Origin: Squalus acanthias
Lineage: Eukaryota
Direction of reading: 5' to 3'
DNA: 64,000 nt
NCBI GenBank assembly: GCA_030390025.1
Contig: CM059431.1
Span: forward strand, 100,938,001-101,002,000
Shown piece after piece: positions 38,340 to 52,028 of this stretch; the stretch's first letter is position 1, and the number at the start of each line of letters is the position of its first letter. The notes below the pieces were generated by a model. It was not told the DNA's origin. It did not search any database and saw nothing but the letters and a program-made list of their open reading frames with translations. The translations under genes and the position numbers were made by a program.

Positions 38340-39400
38340 TAATTTCTGCAATCTACTCTACTGTATCCTCTATATTGGGCAGACCAAACACAGATTAGGC
38401 AACAGCTTTTCCAAACAACTCCATTCTGTCCTCAAAAGTGGCCGCAAACTTGCTGTCGCTTGCCACTTCAATTCCATGTTCCACTCTCACTCTGACCTCA
38501 CTGTCTTTGGCCTCCTACACTGTTCCAATGAAGCTCAACACAAGTTTGAGGAATGGCGCCTTTTCTTACTAGTAGGCACTTTGTAGCCCTTTGGTCTTCA
38601 TACTGACTTTAATAACTTCAGACCTTAACTAAAGCTCCCACTTTCTCTATGGCAATAAGCAGTCGTGATATGGGACAGATGTTCTAATATTTCCAGGGCG
38701 GAGGGAGGGGGCCTGGGTGTGGGGCGGGGGGGGGAGGCTGAGGGACAGGTTGGTGCTTGGGGTGGGGGCCCTCCATCGGAACATTGTCCAATCGGGTTGG
38801 CCTGCACTCTTGGTGGTGACCTGCTTTTTTCGTTCTCCCAGACTTCTGGATCACTGGAGTTTGCTGCACTTTGTCAGTTTTTCGTGCTTCCATTTCTGCC
38901 CGCCTTATACCTCACCCTCCTCACCTATCCACACATTGTGTGTGTGTGTCTCGTAAATATCTTTCATTTCACTGATTTCTCATTGAATCCTACAGCACAG
39001 AAGGAGGCCATTCGGCCCATCGTGCCTGTGCCGGCTCTTTGAAAGAGCTTTCCAATTCGTCCCACTCCGTCTGCTCTTTCACCATAGCCCTGCAAACTTT
39101 TCCTTTTCAAGTATATATGCAATTCCCTTTTGAAAGGGAATTTCATATAATGCCCCTATTGTTGCACTAATATGACTTGTGCCGTTTAACCATCTCTTGT
39201 TTTCCACTTAAGTACTTAGAAGTTATTGTATTTATTCCCTTGTGTGTGTGTTTTTCTCTTGCCTTGATCCCATTATTCTGTTCCTTTTTTCCTGCTGTTT
39301 GCCTGCAATATCTTCCAGTTCTGATGTAGGATTACCGAAAGTATTAACTTGTCTGTTTCTCTCCACAGATGCTGACTCACCTGTGGAGTTTCCAGCATCT
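38340..39400 (+). mobile_element. Highly degraded Penelope-like family A copy with nested inserts (CR1 tail 38985-39140)
   Basis: CTCTATATTGGGCAGACCAAAC (LYIGQTK) region parallels 19755-20005; decayed hammerhead and end at 39315-39400. Confidence 0.65.
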
Positions 39401-39569
39401 TCCAGAACCCTAGCTCATTTCTTTACCTCCCTAGCCCAAACATATTTAGGTCAATTGTAAAACCCCTATCATCACGACAGCTGTGATCAGCTAACATGCA
39501 TCAAACTTGGGATCTTCCTGATTTGTATGGCTCAGTTTGATATATGGCAGTGTAGCTGCAAATCAGGGT

Positions 39570-39898
39570 AAGAAAGTCTTGTATTTCTATAGCACCTTAC
39601 ATCACCTCAGGATTTCCCAAAGTGCTTTACAGCCAATGAAGTACTTTTGAAGTGTGGTCACTGTTGTAATGTAGGAAACACGGCAACCAATTTGCGCACA
39701 GCAAGCTCCCACAAACAGCAATGTGGTAATGACCAGATCATCTGTTTTTTTTAGTGATGTTGATTGAGGGATAAATATTGGCCCCAGGACACCGGGGAGA
39801 ACTCCCCTGCTCTTCTTCGAAATAGTGGCCGTGGGATCTTTTACGTCCACCTGAGAGAGCAGACAGGGCCTCGGTTTAACGTCTCATCTGAAAGACAG
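39570..39898 (-). mobile_element. Deu-SINE
   Basis: Homology to other copies. Confidence 0.85.
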
Positions 39899-40809
39899 AA
39901 CTGGTGCTAGATTTTTTTTAAATTACCGGCAAACTATGAAAGTTATTTTTTTTAAATTACATTTCGATACTTGAAATTGGGAATTGTCTGTATTTGTATT
40001 GTCCAAAAAGAAGAATATTTTCAATGATATTACTGCACAATAAAGCTAAGCCACACAGGATCGCATTACTTTCAACATACCAGATGGCACAATAATCACA
40101 CTTTTGACATCTCAGCCCATTGGACAGATCCAGTTTCAAAAAGCACAACAATTGATATGACCGTAAACAGCTATTAATACATTGAAGGTACAGAAACCTG
40201 CTGGGAAAGAGGCAGAATGGTGCAGCAATAACATTTTCTGTTCGAAAACCAGGGCAACGAGCATAGAGATCGCTGTTCAATGCAGCCGAACCACAGCAAT
40301 TTGTTGTAAAAAGTTCAGGATTCAACCGCTAATAAAAAAGATAACTTGTGTTGCAGCAGCAGGGGGGTTAACTGGAAATGTTCACAGTGGCGACACCAGA
40401 AATAACTGCCGTGTAGTTTGGTGTACCCATGGTAACAGGAAAACGTTCCCTTAACATTCAATACTGTGGTTGTAAAATAAGTCATTTCTACTCAATTTCT
40501 GCATAATTTATATGTAGAAGCGTATCTTTCTCATGATTAAAAAGTCGTATATAATATATCATTAAAGCATCTGATTTTTAAAAAATATTATAGAACTACT
40601 TCTGAATTACTGGAAGGGTGGTGGAAGCAGATTCAATAGTGACTTTCAAAGGGGAATCAGATAAATACTTCAAAAGGAGAAATTGGCAGGGTTACGGGGA
40701 AAGAGCATCTTTCGGCCGCGCTGTCTGACCTTGTAGACGCAACCCTCCCTTGCCGAGTGTGTTTTCAGGCCAATGTCTTGATCCTGAGCCGGTCATATCC
40801 TTCTTGTAT

Positions 40810-41100
40810 TTCCATCTTCCCTCTCTCCCTCCCACCCATCTCCTTTCCTCGTCCTCCGCCTCTCTCCCCTCCCTTCCCGTCCTCCCTCCCTTTACCCCAG
40901 CTCTCTCTCTTCTCCCTTTTGTCTCACCAGCTTCCTCTCTCCATCTCATGCCTTTTTTCTGCTCTCTCCCCCTTCCTTCTTCTCCCTCCTCCCAACTGCC
41001 TCCTTCCCCTTGCCTTTTGTCTGCTTTCCCTCTCCTTATCCCTCTTCTCAATCTCCCCCTTCTTTTCTCTCCCAACCGCCTGCTCCCTCCTCCCGTGCCT
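40810..41100 (+). repeat. Polypyrimidine (CT-rich) low-complexity tract between CR1 tail pieces
   Basis: Almost exclusively C/T for ~290 bp. Confidence 0.85.
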
Positions 41101-41689
41101 CGGTCCAATTAACTAACTCTGCTGGACCCAAATCCTACACTTGATCTTGAATATCACAGGAGATTTGACGAGTAGATTTTAAAATTTAATTATATTTGAA
41201 TTTCCTGGGAAATACCAAAATCTATTCTGTACTGAAATTATATTGATCAAACTTTCCTTATTGTGCAAGTATGAAACTGTTACCTGGCAAAAAATCAAGG
41301 CTGGGAGATGAGGAGAATGTTCTTTTACGCAGCGAGTTGTTGTGATCTGGAATGCGCTGCCTGAAAGGGCGATGGAAGCAGATTCAATAGCAACTTTCTA
41401 AAGGGAATTGGATAAATTCTTAAAGGGTAAAATTTCCATGGCTATGGGGAAAGAGCAGGGGGGAGCAGGACTAATTGGAGAGCTCTTTCAAAGAGCCGGC
41501 ACAGGCACGATGGGCCGAATGGCCTCCTTCTGCGCTGTCTGAGTCTACTTGATGTGGCTCAGTGCGGTGCAATCTGCCCAGCTTGCATTGCAGGGTGAAT
41601 TCCAGAGCACCTGTGTCAACAAGCAACTCTACACTTGCAATGAATTGCTTAAAAATTGTGAATGGACTTTGGAACTGTATCCACTCAGT

Positions 41690-42012
41690 TGCTGGGCAAT
41701 TACTGATCAGGAGTTCCCAGGTTTGATCCTCAAAGCTCAGCTAGCTGAGACAGGGATGCAACAAGTGCATACTTGGGTTAGGGAGGTGCAAATTGTCCAG
41801 GTTCCCACTCCCGCTGGAAGTACATGCAAGTCTATGTCAGGTTAAGACATTATAGGTCTTGAGTGTGAACCCCCCTTGGAGTCAAATAGCTTGCCAATAC
41901 TTGCTGTCGGGGTTATACATGGTCACTTGGGTGAGGTACCTACCAGAAAACGCCCAGCACTCTGTGGAACTGTAACCCAGCAAGTAAGTTGATGCCTTCA
42001 GGAGAGGTGGAA
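41690..42012 (+). mobile_element. Ancient tRNA-derived SINE (possibly AmnSINE2-like), highly diverged
   Basis: CCCAGGTTTGATCC B-box-like motif...CACTTGGGTGAGGTACC...GTGGAACTGTAACCCAGCAAG...GCCTTCAGGAGAGG; related fragments at ~250, 8920, 19000, 20400, 24050, 24850, 39410, 44755, 47700, 52450, 60500. Confidence 0.55.
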
Positions 42013-42319
42013 AAGCAAAAATAGCTGCGAAAAAGGTGCAAATCACAGGCTTCATTTCTGGCTACTGAATCTTTCTCTGGTGGCTGGAGAAGACTTGTTT
42101 AGGCCAGTGATATGAAAACCTGTACTGAGAATAAGATGGCACCACCAAAGGCAACTGGTTACATCGACACTCCCACACTGCTACCTGCAGAGGTACCTGG
42201 GAAAACCATTTCTTCTGGTGGGTCTTTTGCCCCTCCAGAGAAATTGGCATCACTATATGTTAACCTTAGAGCTGACTGACTGAATGACTGAGTGACAGAC
42301 AGACAGAAAGAAAAAGAAA

Positions 42320-42775
42320 ACAAAAGACTTGCATTCATATAGCGCCTTTCAGTACGCCCCAAAGACTGTACAGCCAATTAAGTACTTTTGTGTAGTCACT
42401 GTTTTAACGTAGAAATCGTGGCAGCCAATTTGTGCACAGCAAGCTCCCACAAACAGCAAATGTGATAATGACCAGATAATCTGTTTTACTGATGTTGGTT
42501 GAGGGATAAATATTGGCCCAGGACACCGGGGATAACTCCCCTGCTCTTCTTCGAAATAGTGGCCATGGGATCTTTTACATCCACCTAAGAGAGCAGACAG
42601 GGCCTCGGTTTAACTTCTCATCCGAATGACGGCACCTCCGACAGTGCAGCACTCCCTCAGTACTACACTGGGAGTGTCAGCCTGGATTTTTGTGTTCAAG
42701 TCCCTGGAGTGGGATTTGAACCCACAACTTTCTGACTCAGAGGCGAGAGTGCTGCCCACTGAGCCACAGCTGACA
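42320..42775 (-). mobile_element. Deu-SINE, full length
   Basis: Minus strand begins GTGTCAGCTGTGGCTCAGTGG (A box) and has GGGTTCAAATCCC (B box), Deu core and tail. Confidence 0.9.
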
Positions 42776-43292
42776 CCTAAATACTAACATCAGGGCTGCT
42801 ACCATTGGCAGGATAAATGCAATATTGCAGAAATTGATATTTCACAATCAGTTTATTTTATTTACTGTTTACAAACTGTAACAGAATCATGTGTGTGTGG
42901 TATGGCCTCTCACCAATAGTGATCATTTATTGAGCTTGCATTCAGAAATATTTGAAAGACACTTAAAAAAAAACAATAATTTGCATTTATATAGCGCCTT
43001 TAACGTAGCAAAACGTCCCAAGGCGCTTAAACGGCACGGAAATCTAGGGGGAATGCTTTCAATTCAATGTACTCCCTTTATATAGAAGAAAATATTAACA
43101 GCAATAGAATTTCAACTGATCTTTCTATTTTGAAACATCAATTTTCTTCTTGGCCTGGAGCCCCTCAGACAAGGTCTCCCTCCCTCTGCTGACGTCACCA
43201 ACGGGGAGTGGCCTGATTTCCCATCCTTTCGTATGGTTTGCCAGTGTCAGTGAACCTCTGCTGGGAGGATGCCCTCCAACAATGATATAGTG

Positions 43293-43535
43293 TGAAGAGC
43301 AGGGGGAGTTCTCCCCGGTGTCCTGGGTCAATATTTATCCCTCAACCAACATCACTAAAAAAAAACAGATTATCTGGTCATTATCATAGTGCTGATTGTG
43401 GGAGCTTGCTGTGCACAAATTGGCTGCCGCGTTTCCTATGTTACAGAAGTGACTACACTCCAAAAAGTACTTCATTGGCTGTAAAGCATTTTGGGACGTC
43501 CTGAGGTTGTGAAAGGCGCTATAGAAATGCAAGTC
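43293..43535 (+). mobile_element. Deu-SINE 3' half
   Basis: Homology to other copies. Confidence 0.85.
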
Positions 43536-44934
43536 AATCTTTCCTTTCTTTCAATATAAACGAGCAAGACCCTACTCAACGTCAAAGAAGAGAGAAATGA
43601 TATTTAGCACTTTGGTCTTAAAGTAGTTCTTATTCTTTGAAAAGTATTTGTTTTATCAAAAGTTATAGTGTATGACAATATTCGACAGTCTGAATGCCAA
43701 TTGGGGAGTGGTAAAATATAGCCATTGCACAAGTGTATTTTTTTTAACCTGTCGCTGTTGCTTATCATTTTGCCACGGAAATTTGCTACATAGAAACTGT
43801 AACAACCATCAATGTAAGTGTGCAACTAATTGGATATGAAAGAAATATATGCTGGTCCTAAACCTACACATGTGGCGCAAACGGTGCTGCATACAGTTGG
43901 TTAGATAGCTTTCAATGACAGCTTTGTAATCCATCTGCTGCTAATAAGGTGACTGAGCTCAGACCTTTCTTTTTAATACCCAACTGCATAATTGTGTTGG
44001 GACAGCAAAACCTACGAGTAAAAATGAAAATTAAAACAGTACACCACGAGTGCTTTAAAAGTTTGTACATCAATGGAAAAACTTTGGACCGCAGCCGTAA
44101 CCTAATAGGAAAACAATTCATCCATCAGATGGCGGAAGTTCCTGTATTACACCCTAAAGTCCAATTAAGCATGTCAAGAGATTTTTTTTTGAAAATTAAA
44201 AATGTACACTGTTTTGCCCATATCATTGGAAAGAAATGTTCATGCAATAACACTGATGTTTTGCCACATTGTGGATGAATGCCAAGTGACTGCCTTTTAA
44301 TATTTTTGTCAGCTATTTCAAAACTCGCAGGAAAATAACAGAAAAAATAATCAATATGACTTTTATTGTTTTACCTACCCTCTTAACCCTCTAGTTTCCA
44401 GGAAATCCATTCTTAAAACTGGACCTAATGTTTGCTTGTAGTTCATTTACAAATGCGCCGTCCAGATTTATAACAGATCATTAAGTAAAATACTGATTCC
44501 ATTTTAAAATGAAAATGTAATAATATGACAAACCACAAGATACTGAACCACTCTTAGCCTGCGGCTACAGTTCTGAGAAATCAGGAATAAAATGGGGCTC
44601 CCAAGGGATTGCACAGGGCAAGTTACACTAAGTAAGTTACCAAGGATGTTCTTTATACCTGAATAAATATAGTTGGCTCACCAGATTAAGGTACAGGCAC
44701 GAGGGGACGAATGGCCTCCTTCTGTGCTATATCATTCTATGATCTATTCTATGAGTAGCTGAGCCATGCACAATGAGAAGGTCCCAATTCCATATCCAGA
44801 CTCTGCTCAATGAGCAGATCTCAGCTAGGAAGGGTAGGAGTGCTACAACTGGCCTCAGTCTCCCTGGGTTAAGGAAGGAATAAAAAATTCCGGCCAGAGT
44901 TCCTGCTCTTATTTGGTACCCCGTAATAGGTGAG

Positions 44935-45316
44935 TCACTTGCCACAGAATACCCAGCATCTGACTAGCTTTTGTAGCCACATCACTTATCTGGCTGGTCC
45001 AGTTAAGTTCCTGGTCAATAGTGACACCCAGGAAGTTGATGGTGGGTGATTCAACTATAGTATAGACATTGAATGACAAGAGGAGGTGATAGACTCACTC
45101 TTGTTGACAGTGGTCATTGCATGGCACTAGTGTGGTGCGAATGTTACTTTTCACTTATCAGCCCAAGCCTGGATGTTGTCCAGGTCTTGCTGCATGTGGC
45201 CGCGAACTGCTTCATTATCTGAGAAATTGAGAATGGTACTGAACACTGCAATCATCATTGAACATCCCCACTTCTGACCTTAAGATGGAGGGAAGGTGAT
45301 TAATGAAGCAGCTGAG
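44935..45316 (-). mobile_element. Older RT fragment of the LINE family at 53666-57553
   Basis: Reverse complement aligns by eye with ~56665-56985. Confidence 0.75.
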
Positions 45317-46032
45317 AGGGGAATAGAGGGTTATGCGGATAGAGTTAGATGAGGAAAGACAGGAGGAGGCTTGAGTGGAGCATAAACGCCGGCATGGACT
45401 GGTTGGGCTGAATGGCCTGTTTCTGTGCTGTATATCCGATGTAAAAAAAGTGCGTGTGTATGTACGATGTCAGGACTGGGCTTGGATTACCATCCATGCA
45501 ACTGCTGCTCCCCATCCTCCTGTCCACCACCCCTACCTCCCCCCAGTCTCCCACCAACTCTACCCAAGAAACACCGCTCCTTTGCAATGTCTCACCCATC
45601 TCCCTGCCCCACCCAGCCCTCTCAAAGCTCAGCTTATCCATGAGACCCACCTCCTGCCACCTCGATCCCCTTCCCGCTTCAATTCCTAACCACTCAACTT
45701 CCATTCCTGGCCCCATGCTAGCTGATGTCAATAGTTCCCTTCCCTCAGACCCCATCCCTCGCCCCTTCAAAACTACCATCATCACCCCCTCCTTAAAAAA
45801 AACATTCTTTGCCCATCCATCCTCTCTAACTACTATTCCATTACCAAACTCCTTTTTAATTTACAATAGGCTGCTTCCTTTACTGCTGTTGATCACTTTG
45901 CAATTGACTGCAGTGAGGAAGCCCCTAGCTTTCAACAGTTTAACAGCGTTCAAGATCCTTAGTAACAGTGGTCGTCAGGGCCAAAGTTGCTCATGGTGTA
46001 AATGTAGGAATGGCAGCATATAGGAGATTACA

Positions 46033-48710
46033 GTGTCAGCCGTGGCTCAGTGGGTAGCGCACTCGCCTCTGAGCCAGAAGGTCATGGGTTCGATTCGAGT
46101 CCCATTCCAGAGAACTGAGCACAAAATCTAGGTTGACACTCCCAGCGCCAGTACTGAGGGAGTGCTGCACGGTCGGAGATGCCGTCTTTCAGATGAGACA
46201 TTAAACCAAGTCCCCGTCTTGTTGAGGTGCCTTTCATGACCTCAGGATGTCCCAAAGCGCTTTACAGCCACTGAAGTGCTTTTTAGGTGTAGTCACTGTT
46301 GTAATGCTGGAAACGCAGCAGCCATGTTGCGCACAGCAAGCTCCCACAAACAGCAATGTGACAATGACCGGATAATCTGTTTTAGTGATGTTGGTTGAGG
46401 GATAAATATTGGCCACGACACCGGGGATAACTCCCCTGTTCTTCTTCGAAATAGCGGCCGTGGGATCTTTTACAGCCACCTGAGAGAGCAGATGGGGCCT
46501 CGCTTTAACGTCTCATGCGAAAGACGGCACCTCCGACAGTGCAGCACTCCCTCAGCACTGCACTGGAGTGTCAGCCTAGATTTTTGCGCTCAACTTTCTG
46601 AAAAGTTCAAACAACAATTAACTAACAAACAGATAAAATTCGTATCTCGTGCAGAGCTTTATGCTTAAAATGCACCAGTTTTGTATGAATTCCCATATTT
46701 AAGTGTCCCAAATCATTTATAATATAACTGTTAATGTCATTCAAATATATCATAAATATTCAGCAGGCCAGGCAGCATCCATGGAGAGAGAAACAGAGTT
46801 AACGTTTCAGGTCTGTGACCCTTTGTCTGTTTTTGTTTCGGATTCCAGCGTCCCCAGTATTTTGCTATTGTACCATAAATATTACCCGTTTACAAATGAA
46901 TGAGTTATTAATTACAGCCATGTCCACACAGTCATTGGTTAGCTCATCGTGAAAGACCACTCCAACAACTTTCACAATTCACCACACATCTACCTATATC
47001 ACATCTCTGCAGTCAGCATATATTGGTCTCACTCTTGGAACATCGTGGTTTTGCACTTGACCAACACAGGTTTGCTCTGGGGTAAACGGGAGCTCAGTTG
47101 TAAATATTTTTGATAATGATGGAACTTTTGAAAACATGGCTCTGTCCTTCACATCAAAAGTCTGCAACTTTCAGCTGCTGTGCTGAACCAGATTGCCCTA
47201 TCATAATGGGCAACACAAATAAGAGAATTGCACTCACCCATGTTCAGAAATGCAGGGACACTGCACCAGGATTTGGACAACAGCCTTAATGAAATTCACC
47301 AATATGTAGAAATATAAGACAACAACTTGCATTTGTATGGTAGTTAAAAGTCCCAAGGCGCTTCACAGGAGCGCCATCAAACAAAATTTGACATATTAGG
47401 ACAGGTGACCAAAGCTTGGACAAAGAGGTAGGTTTTAAGGAGCGTTTTAAAGTAGGAGAGAGGGGTGGAGAGGTTTAGGGAGGGAATTCCAGAGCTTAGG
47501 GCCCAGGCAGCTGAAGGCACGGCCGCTAATGATGGAGCGATGGAAATCAGGGATGCGCAAGAGGCCAGAATTGGAGGAGTGCAGGGCTGGAGGAGGTTAT
47601 GTGGCTCATTGTCAAATTTTGTTTGCTAATACTCCTGTGAAGCGCCTTGAGGCATTTTATTACGTTAAAGGTGCTGTATAAATGCAAATTGTTGTTGTTC
47701 AGCTGGGCAGCTTTTGGGGCTCTACAAATGACCCCCAGACTAAGAAGGTCAGAAATCGACCAGTGTTCCATCCCGCTCTGGCTTGCTGTACGGTGACCTA
47801 GCTCTTGATCATTCGTCTGTGGATAATATAGGAGAACAGAACTAGGCTTGTCTATGTTGCTCTCCATGGTTCAAAACCCTACCAATTCTCACGGACTAGG
47901 TTCATTCATGAAGAAAGACCACTTGGGCAAGGTACCATAGAGCCACCGCCAACTGTGTGACTGTACCACAGTAAAAGAAAGAAAGGCTTGCATTTGTATA
48001 GCACCTTTCACATCCTCAGGATGTCCCAAAGCACTTTACAGCCAATGAAGCACTTTTTTTTTAAAGTGTAGTCACTGTTGTAATGTAGGAAACACGGCAG
48101 CCAATTTACGCACAGCAAGGTCCAACAAACAGCAATGTGATAATGACCAGATCATCTGTGTTTTTTTAATGTTGGTTGAGGGATAAATATTGGCAAACAC
48201 ACTGGAGAGAACGCCTCTGCTCTTCTTCGGAATAGTGCCGTGGGATCTTTTACGTACATCTGAGAGGGTAGACGAGTTATGGGTGCCAAGTCCTACTCCA
48301 GAGACTTAAGCACACAATCTAGGCTGACACTCCCAGTGCCAGTACTGAGGGAGTGCTGCACTGTCGGAGGTGCCATCTTTCAGATGAGACGTTAAATCGA
48401 GGCCGGGGGCGTCTGCCCTCTCAGATGGACGTAAAAGATCCCATGGCACTATTTCGAAGAGGAGCAGGGGAGTTCTCCCCGGTGTCCTTGCCAATATTTA
48501 TCCCTCAACCAACATCACTAAAACAGATGATCTGGTCATTATCACATTGCTGTTTGTGGGACCTTGCTATGCGCAAAGTGGCTGCTGTGTTTTCTACATT
48601 ACAACAGTGACTATACTGTACTTCAAAAAGTACTTCATTGGCTGTAAAGCGCTTTGGAACGTCCTGAGGTCGCGAAAAGCGTTACAGAAATGCAAGTTCT
48701 TTCTTTATTT
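46033..48710. mobile_element. Inverted Deu-SINE pairs (46033-46590, 47975-48710), back-to-back L2 tails (47320-47700) and a Penelope end (46760-46870), with unique DNA between
   Basis: Homology to other copies; orientation switches are visible in the sequence. Confidence 0.75.
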
Positions 48711-49117
48711 CTTTCCACATAAATATCTCCCTATTACTTGATCGTGCAGCAGCCACTCAGCCAAGACTGACCTGACCCAAGGCAAATTTAGCAATTTGTA
48801 GCACCACCTTCTGGCAAAGCTGGTTTTAGCAGGTCCGATTTGATTTCATTACAGTGAAACATCGCCATATTAATCTCCTGATGCAGCAAGCAAAATGAAA
48901 TACACTCTAGAATCTCCTGGATAAATTTAAAACAAAATCACATTAGGTGTTGGAACAAACTCATATGCATCTATCACAAAAAAACCAATAACTTCATCTT
49001 TATTGGTGAATATTGTTCTGCAGCAGATAAATAATGCTTCATTTAGCCTCATATGAAAAGGGGATTTATGCGCCAATGACACACTGCCTTATTTAAATGT
49101 TTTGTTCAAATGGTCTA

Positions 49118-49720
49118 GCAACAACTTGCATTTATATAGCGCCTTTAATGTAGTAAAATGTCCCAAGGCGCTTCACAGGAGCGATTATCAAACAAAATTT
49201 GACACCGAGCCACATAAGGAGATATTAGGACAGCTGACCAAAAGCTTGTACAAAGAGGAAGGTTTTAAAGAGCGTCTTCAAAGAGAGAGAGGCGGAGAGG
49301 TTTTCGGAGAGAATTCCAGAGCTTAGGGCCTTAGCAGCTGAAGGCACGGCCGCCATAGGTGGAGCGATTAAAATCGGGAATGCGCAACAGACCAGAATTA
49401 GAGGAGCACAGATATCTGGGGGGCGGGGGGGGGGGGCGGTTGTAGGGCTGGAGGAGTTTACAGAGATAGGATGGGGCGAGGCCATGGAGGGATTTGAAAA
49501 CACGGATAAGGATTTTAAACATGAAGCATTGCCGGACCGTGAACCAGTGTAGGTCAGCGAGCACAGGGGCAATGGTGAACAGGACTTGATGCAAGTTAGG
49601 ACACGGGCAGCAAGTCTTGGATGATCTCAAGTTTATGGAGGGTGGAAGGTCGGTCAGGAGAGCATTGGAATAGTCGAGTCTGGAGGTAAAAAAAGGCATG
49701 GATGAGTAGTTCGAAATGAT
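49118..49720 (-). mobile_element. L2 3' fragment
   Basis: TSRLDYSNALL...LADLHWF. Confidence 0.85.
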
Positions 49721-49891
49721 GGCTTGGTACAGCAAAGTGCTCACTTCTGTAAGGCAGAAGTTGACCTCCAGACAGAGGTGATATTGAGTAACAAAGTGAA
49801 AAATTCTCAGATACCAAGAGCCATAACACATGTAAAGAAAAATGAGAAGTCGCACAACACCAGGTTATAGTCCAACAGTTTTATTTAAAAT

Positions 49892-49926
49892 TACGAGCTT
49901 TCGGAGCTCCGCTCCTTCTTCAGGTA
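49892..49926 (-). ncRNA. Minimal type I hammerhead ribozyme motif
   Basis: TAC-CTGAAGA-A-GGAGC-GGA-GCTCC-GAAA-GCTC-GTA on the minus strand. Confidence 0.75.
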
Positions 49927-51991
49927 CAGGTAGTGAGGGAATCTATTACACAGTATATATACACAGAGAACAATTTGTCTGCAGAGATACAATCTGTTAG
50001 GGAGGCATTACATCAAAGACACATCAGAGTACAGCTAAGACAATGAGGTGGGTCACAGGGGGTCCAACGTGTCAAATGCTGCCGTCTGCAGTTAAGCTTT
50101 TAACTTTTTTTTTGTGTTTTTTTTTAAAAACTGGAAAGACAGACAACGATGTCGAGTCACGTTCTGTAGCGTGACATGAACCCGAGATCCCTATTGAGGC
50201 CGTCCTCATGGGTGCGGAACTTGGCTATCAGTTTGTGCTCGATGATTTTGCATTCTCGTGTGTCTCGAAGGCCGCCTTGGAGAACGCTAACCCGCAGATC
50301 CGAGGCTGAATGTCCTTGACTGCTGAAGTGTTCCCCGACTGGGAGGTAACAATCCTGCCTGGCGATTGTTGCGCGGTGTCCGTTCATACGTTGTCTCAGT
50401 GTCTGCATGGTCTCGCCGATGTACCATGCCGCGGTGCATTCTTTCCTGCAACGTATGAGGTAGACAACGTTGGCCGAGTCACATGAGTATGTACCATGTA
50501 CCTGGTGGGTACTGTCCTCACGTGTGATGATGGTATCTGTGTTGATGATCTGGCATGTCTTGCAGAGGTTGCCGTGGCAGGGTTGTGTGGTGTTGTGGTC
50601 GCTGTTCTCCTGACAGCTGGGTAATTTGCTGCGAACGATGGTACTTTTGAGGTTAGGCGGCTGCTTGAAGGCGAGTAGTGGAGGCGTAGGGATGGCCTTA
50701 GCAAGGTGTTCGTCGTCATCGATGACATGTTGAAGGCTGCGAAGAACATGGCGTAGTTTCTCCGCTCTGGGGAAGTACTGGACGACGTAGGGTACTCTGT
50801 TGGTTGTGTCCCGTGTTCGCCTTCTGAGGAGGTCTATGCGGTTTTTCGCTGTGGCCCGTCGGAACTGTCGATCGACGAGTAGAGTGTCATATCCCGTTCT
50901 TACGAGGGCGTCTTTCAGCGTCCGTAGGTGTCCATCGCGTTCCTCCTCGTCTGAGCAGATCCTGTGTATTCGCAGGGCTTGTCCATAGGGGATGGCTTCT
51001 TATAACGTGGTTAGGGTGGAAGCTGGAGAAGTGGAGCATCGTGAGGTTGTCCGTGGGCTTGCAGTAGAGTGAAGTGCTGAGGTGTCCGTCTTTGATGGAG
51101 ATTCGTGTGTCCAAGAATGAAACCGATTCTGAGGAGTAGTCCATGGTGAGTTTGATGGTGGGATGGAACCTGTTGATGTTATCGTGTAGTCCTTTCAGTG
51201 ATCCTTCGCCGTGGGTCCAAAGGAAGAAGATGTCGTCGATGTATCTGGTGTACAGCGTTGGTTGGAGGTCCTGTGCAGCGAAGAAGTCTTGCTCGAACTA
51301 CGTCAGGAGAACAGCGACCACGACACCACACAACCCTGCCACGGCAACCTCTGCAAGACATGCCAGATCATCAACACAGATACCATCATCACACGTGAGG
51401 ACACTACCCACCAGGTACATGGTACATACTCATGTGACTCGGCCAACGCTGTCTACCTCATACGTTGCAGGAAAGAATGCACCGCGGCATGGTACATCGG
51501 CGAGACCATGCAGACACTGAGACAACGTATGAACGGACACCGCACAACAATCGCCAGGCAGGATTGTTACCTCCCAGTCGGGGAACACTTCAGCAGTCAA
51601 GGACATTCAGCCTCGGATCTGCGGGTTAGCGTTCTCCAAGGCGGCCTTCGAGACACACGAGAACGCAAAATCATCGAGCAGAAACTGATAGCCAAGTTCC
51701 GCACCCATGAGGACGGCCTCAACCGGGATCTCGGGTTCATGTCACGCTACAGAACGTGACTCGACATCGTTGTCTTGTCTTTCCAGTTTTTAAAAAAAAA
51801 CACACAAAAAAAGTTAAAAGCTTAACTGCAGACGGCAGCATTTGACACGTTGGACCCCCTGTGACCCACCTCATTGTTTTAGCTGTACTCTGATGTGTCT
51901 TTGATGTAATGCCTCCCTAACAGATTGTATCTCTGCAGACAAATTGTTCTCTGTGTATATATACTGTGTAATAGATTCCCTCACTGTACCT

Positions 51992-52028
51992 TTACCTGAA
52001 GAAGGAGCGGAGCTCCGAAAGCTCGTAA
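51992..52028 (+). ncRNA. Minimal type I hammerhead ribozyme motif
   Basis: Helix I TTAC/GTAA, core CTGAAGA, helix II GGAGC/GCTCC, GAAA, palindromic helix III AGCT, predicted cleavage after CUC (52024). Confidence 0.8.

Noticed and set aside
40692..41116. 120-138 aa ORFs on both strands
   Set aside because: Artefacts of the CT-rich low-complexity tract
46033..46110. tRNA-like sequences with A and B boxes
   Set aside because: They continue into SINE bodies and are SINE heads, not tRNA genes
47238..47284. Strong minus-strand donor TGG|GTGAGT
   Set aside because: Weak acceptor and an unrecognisable peptide; could be chance
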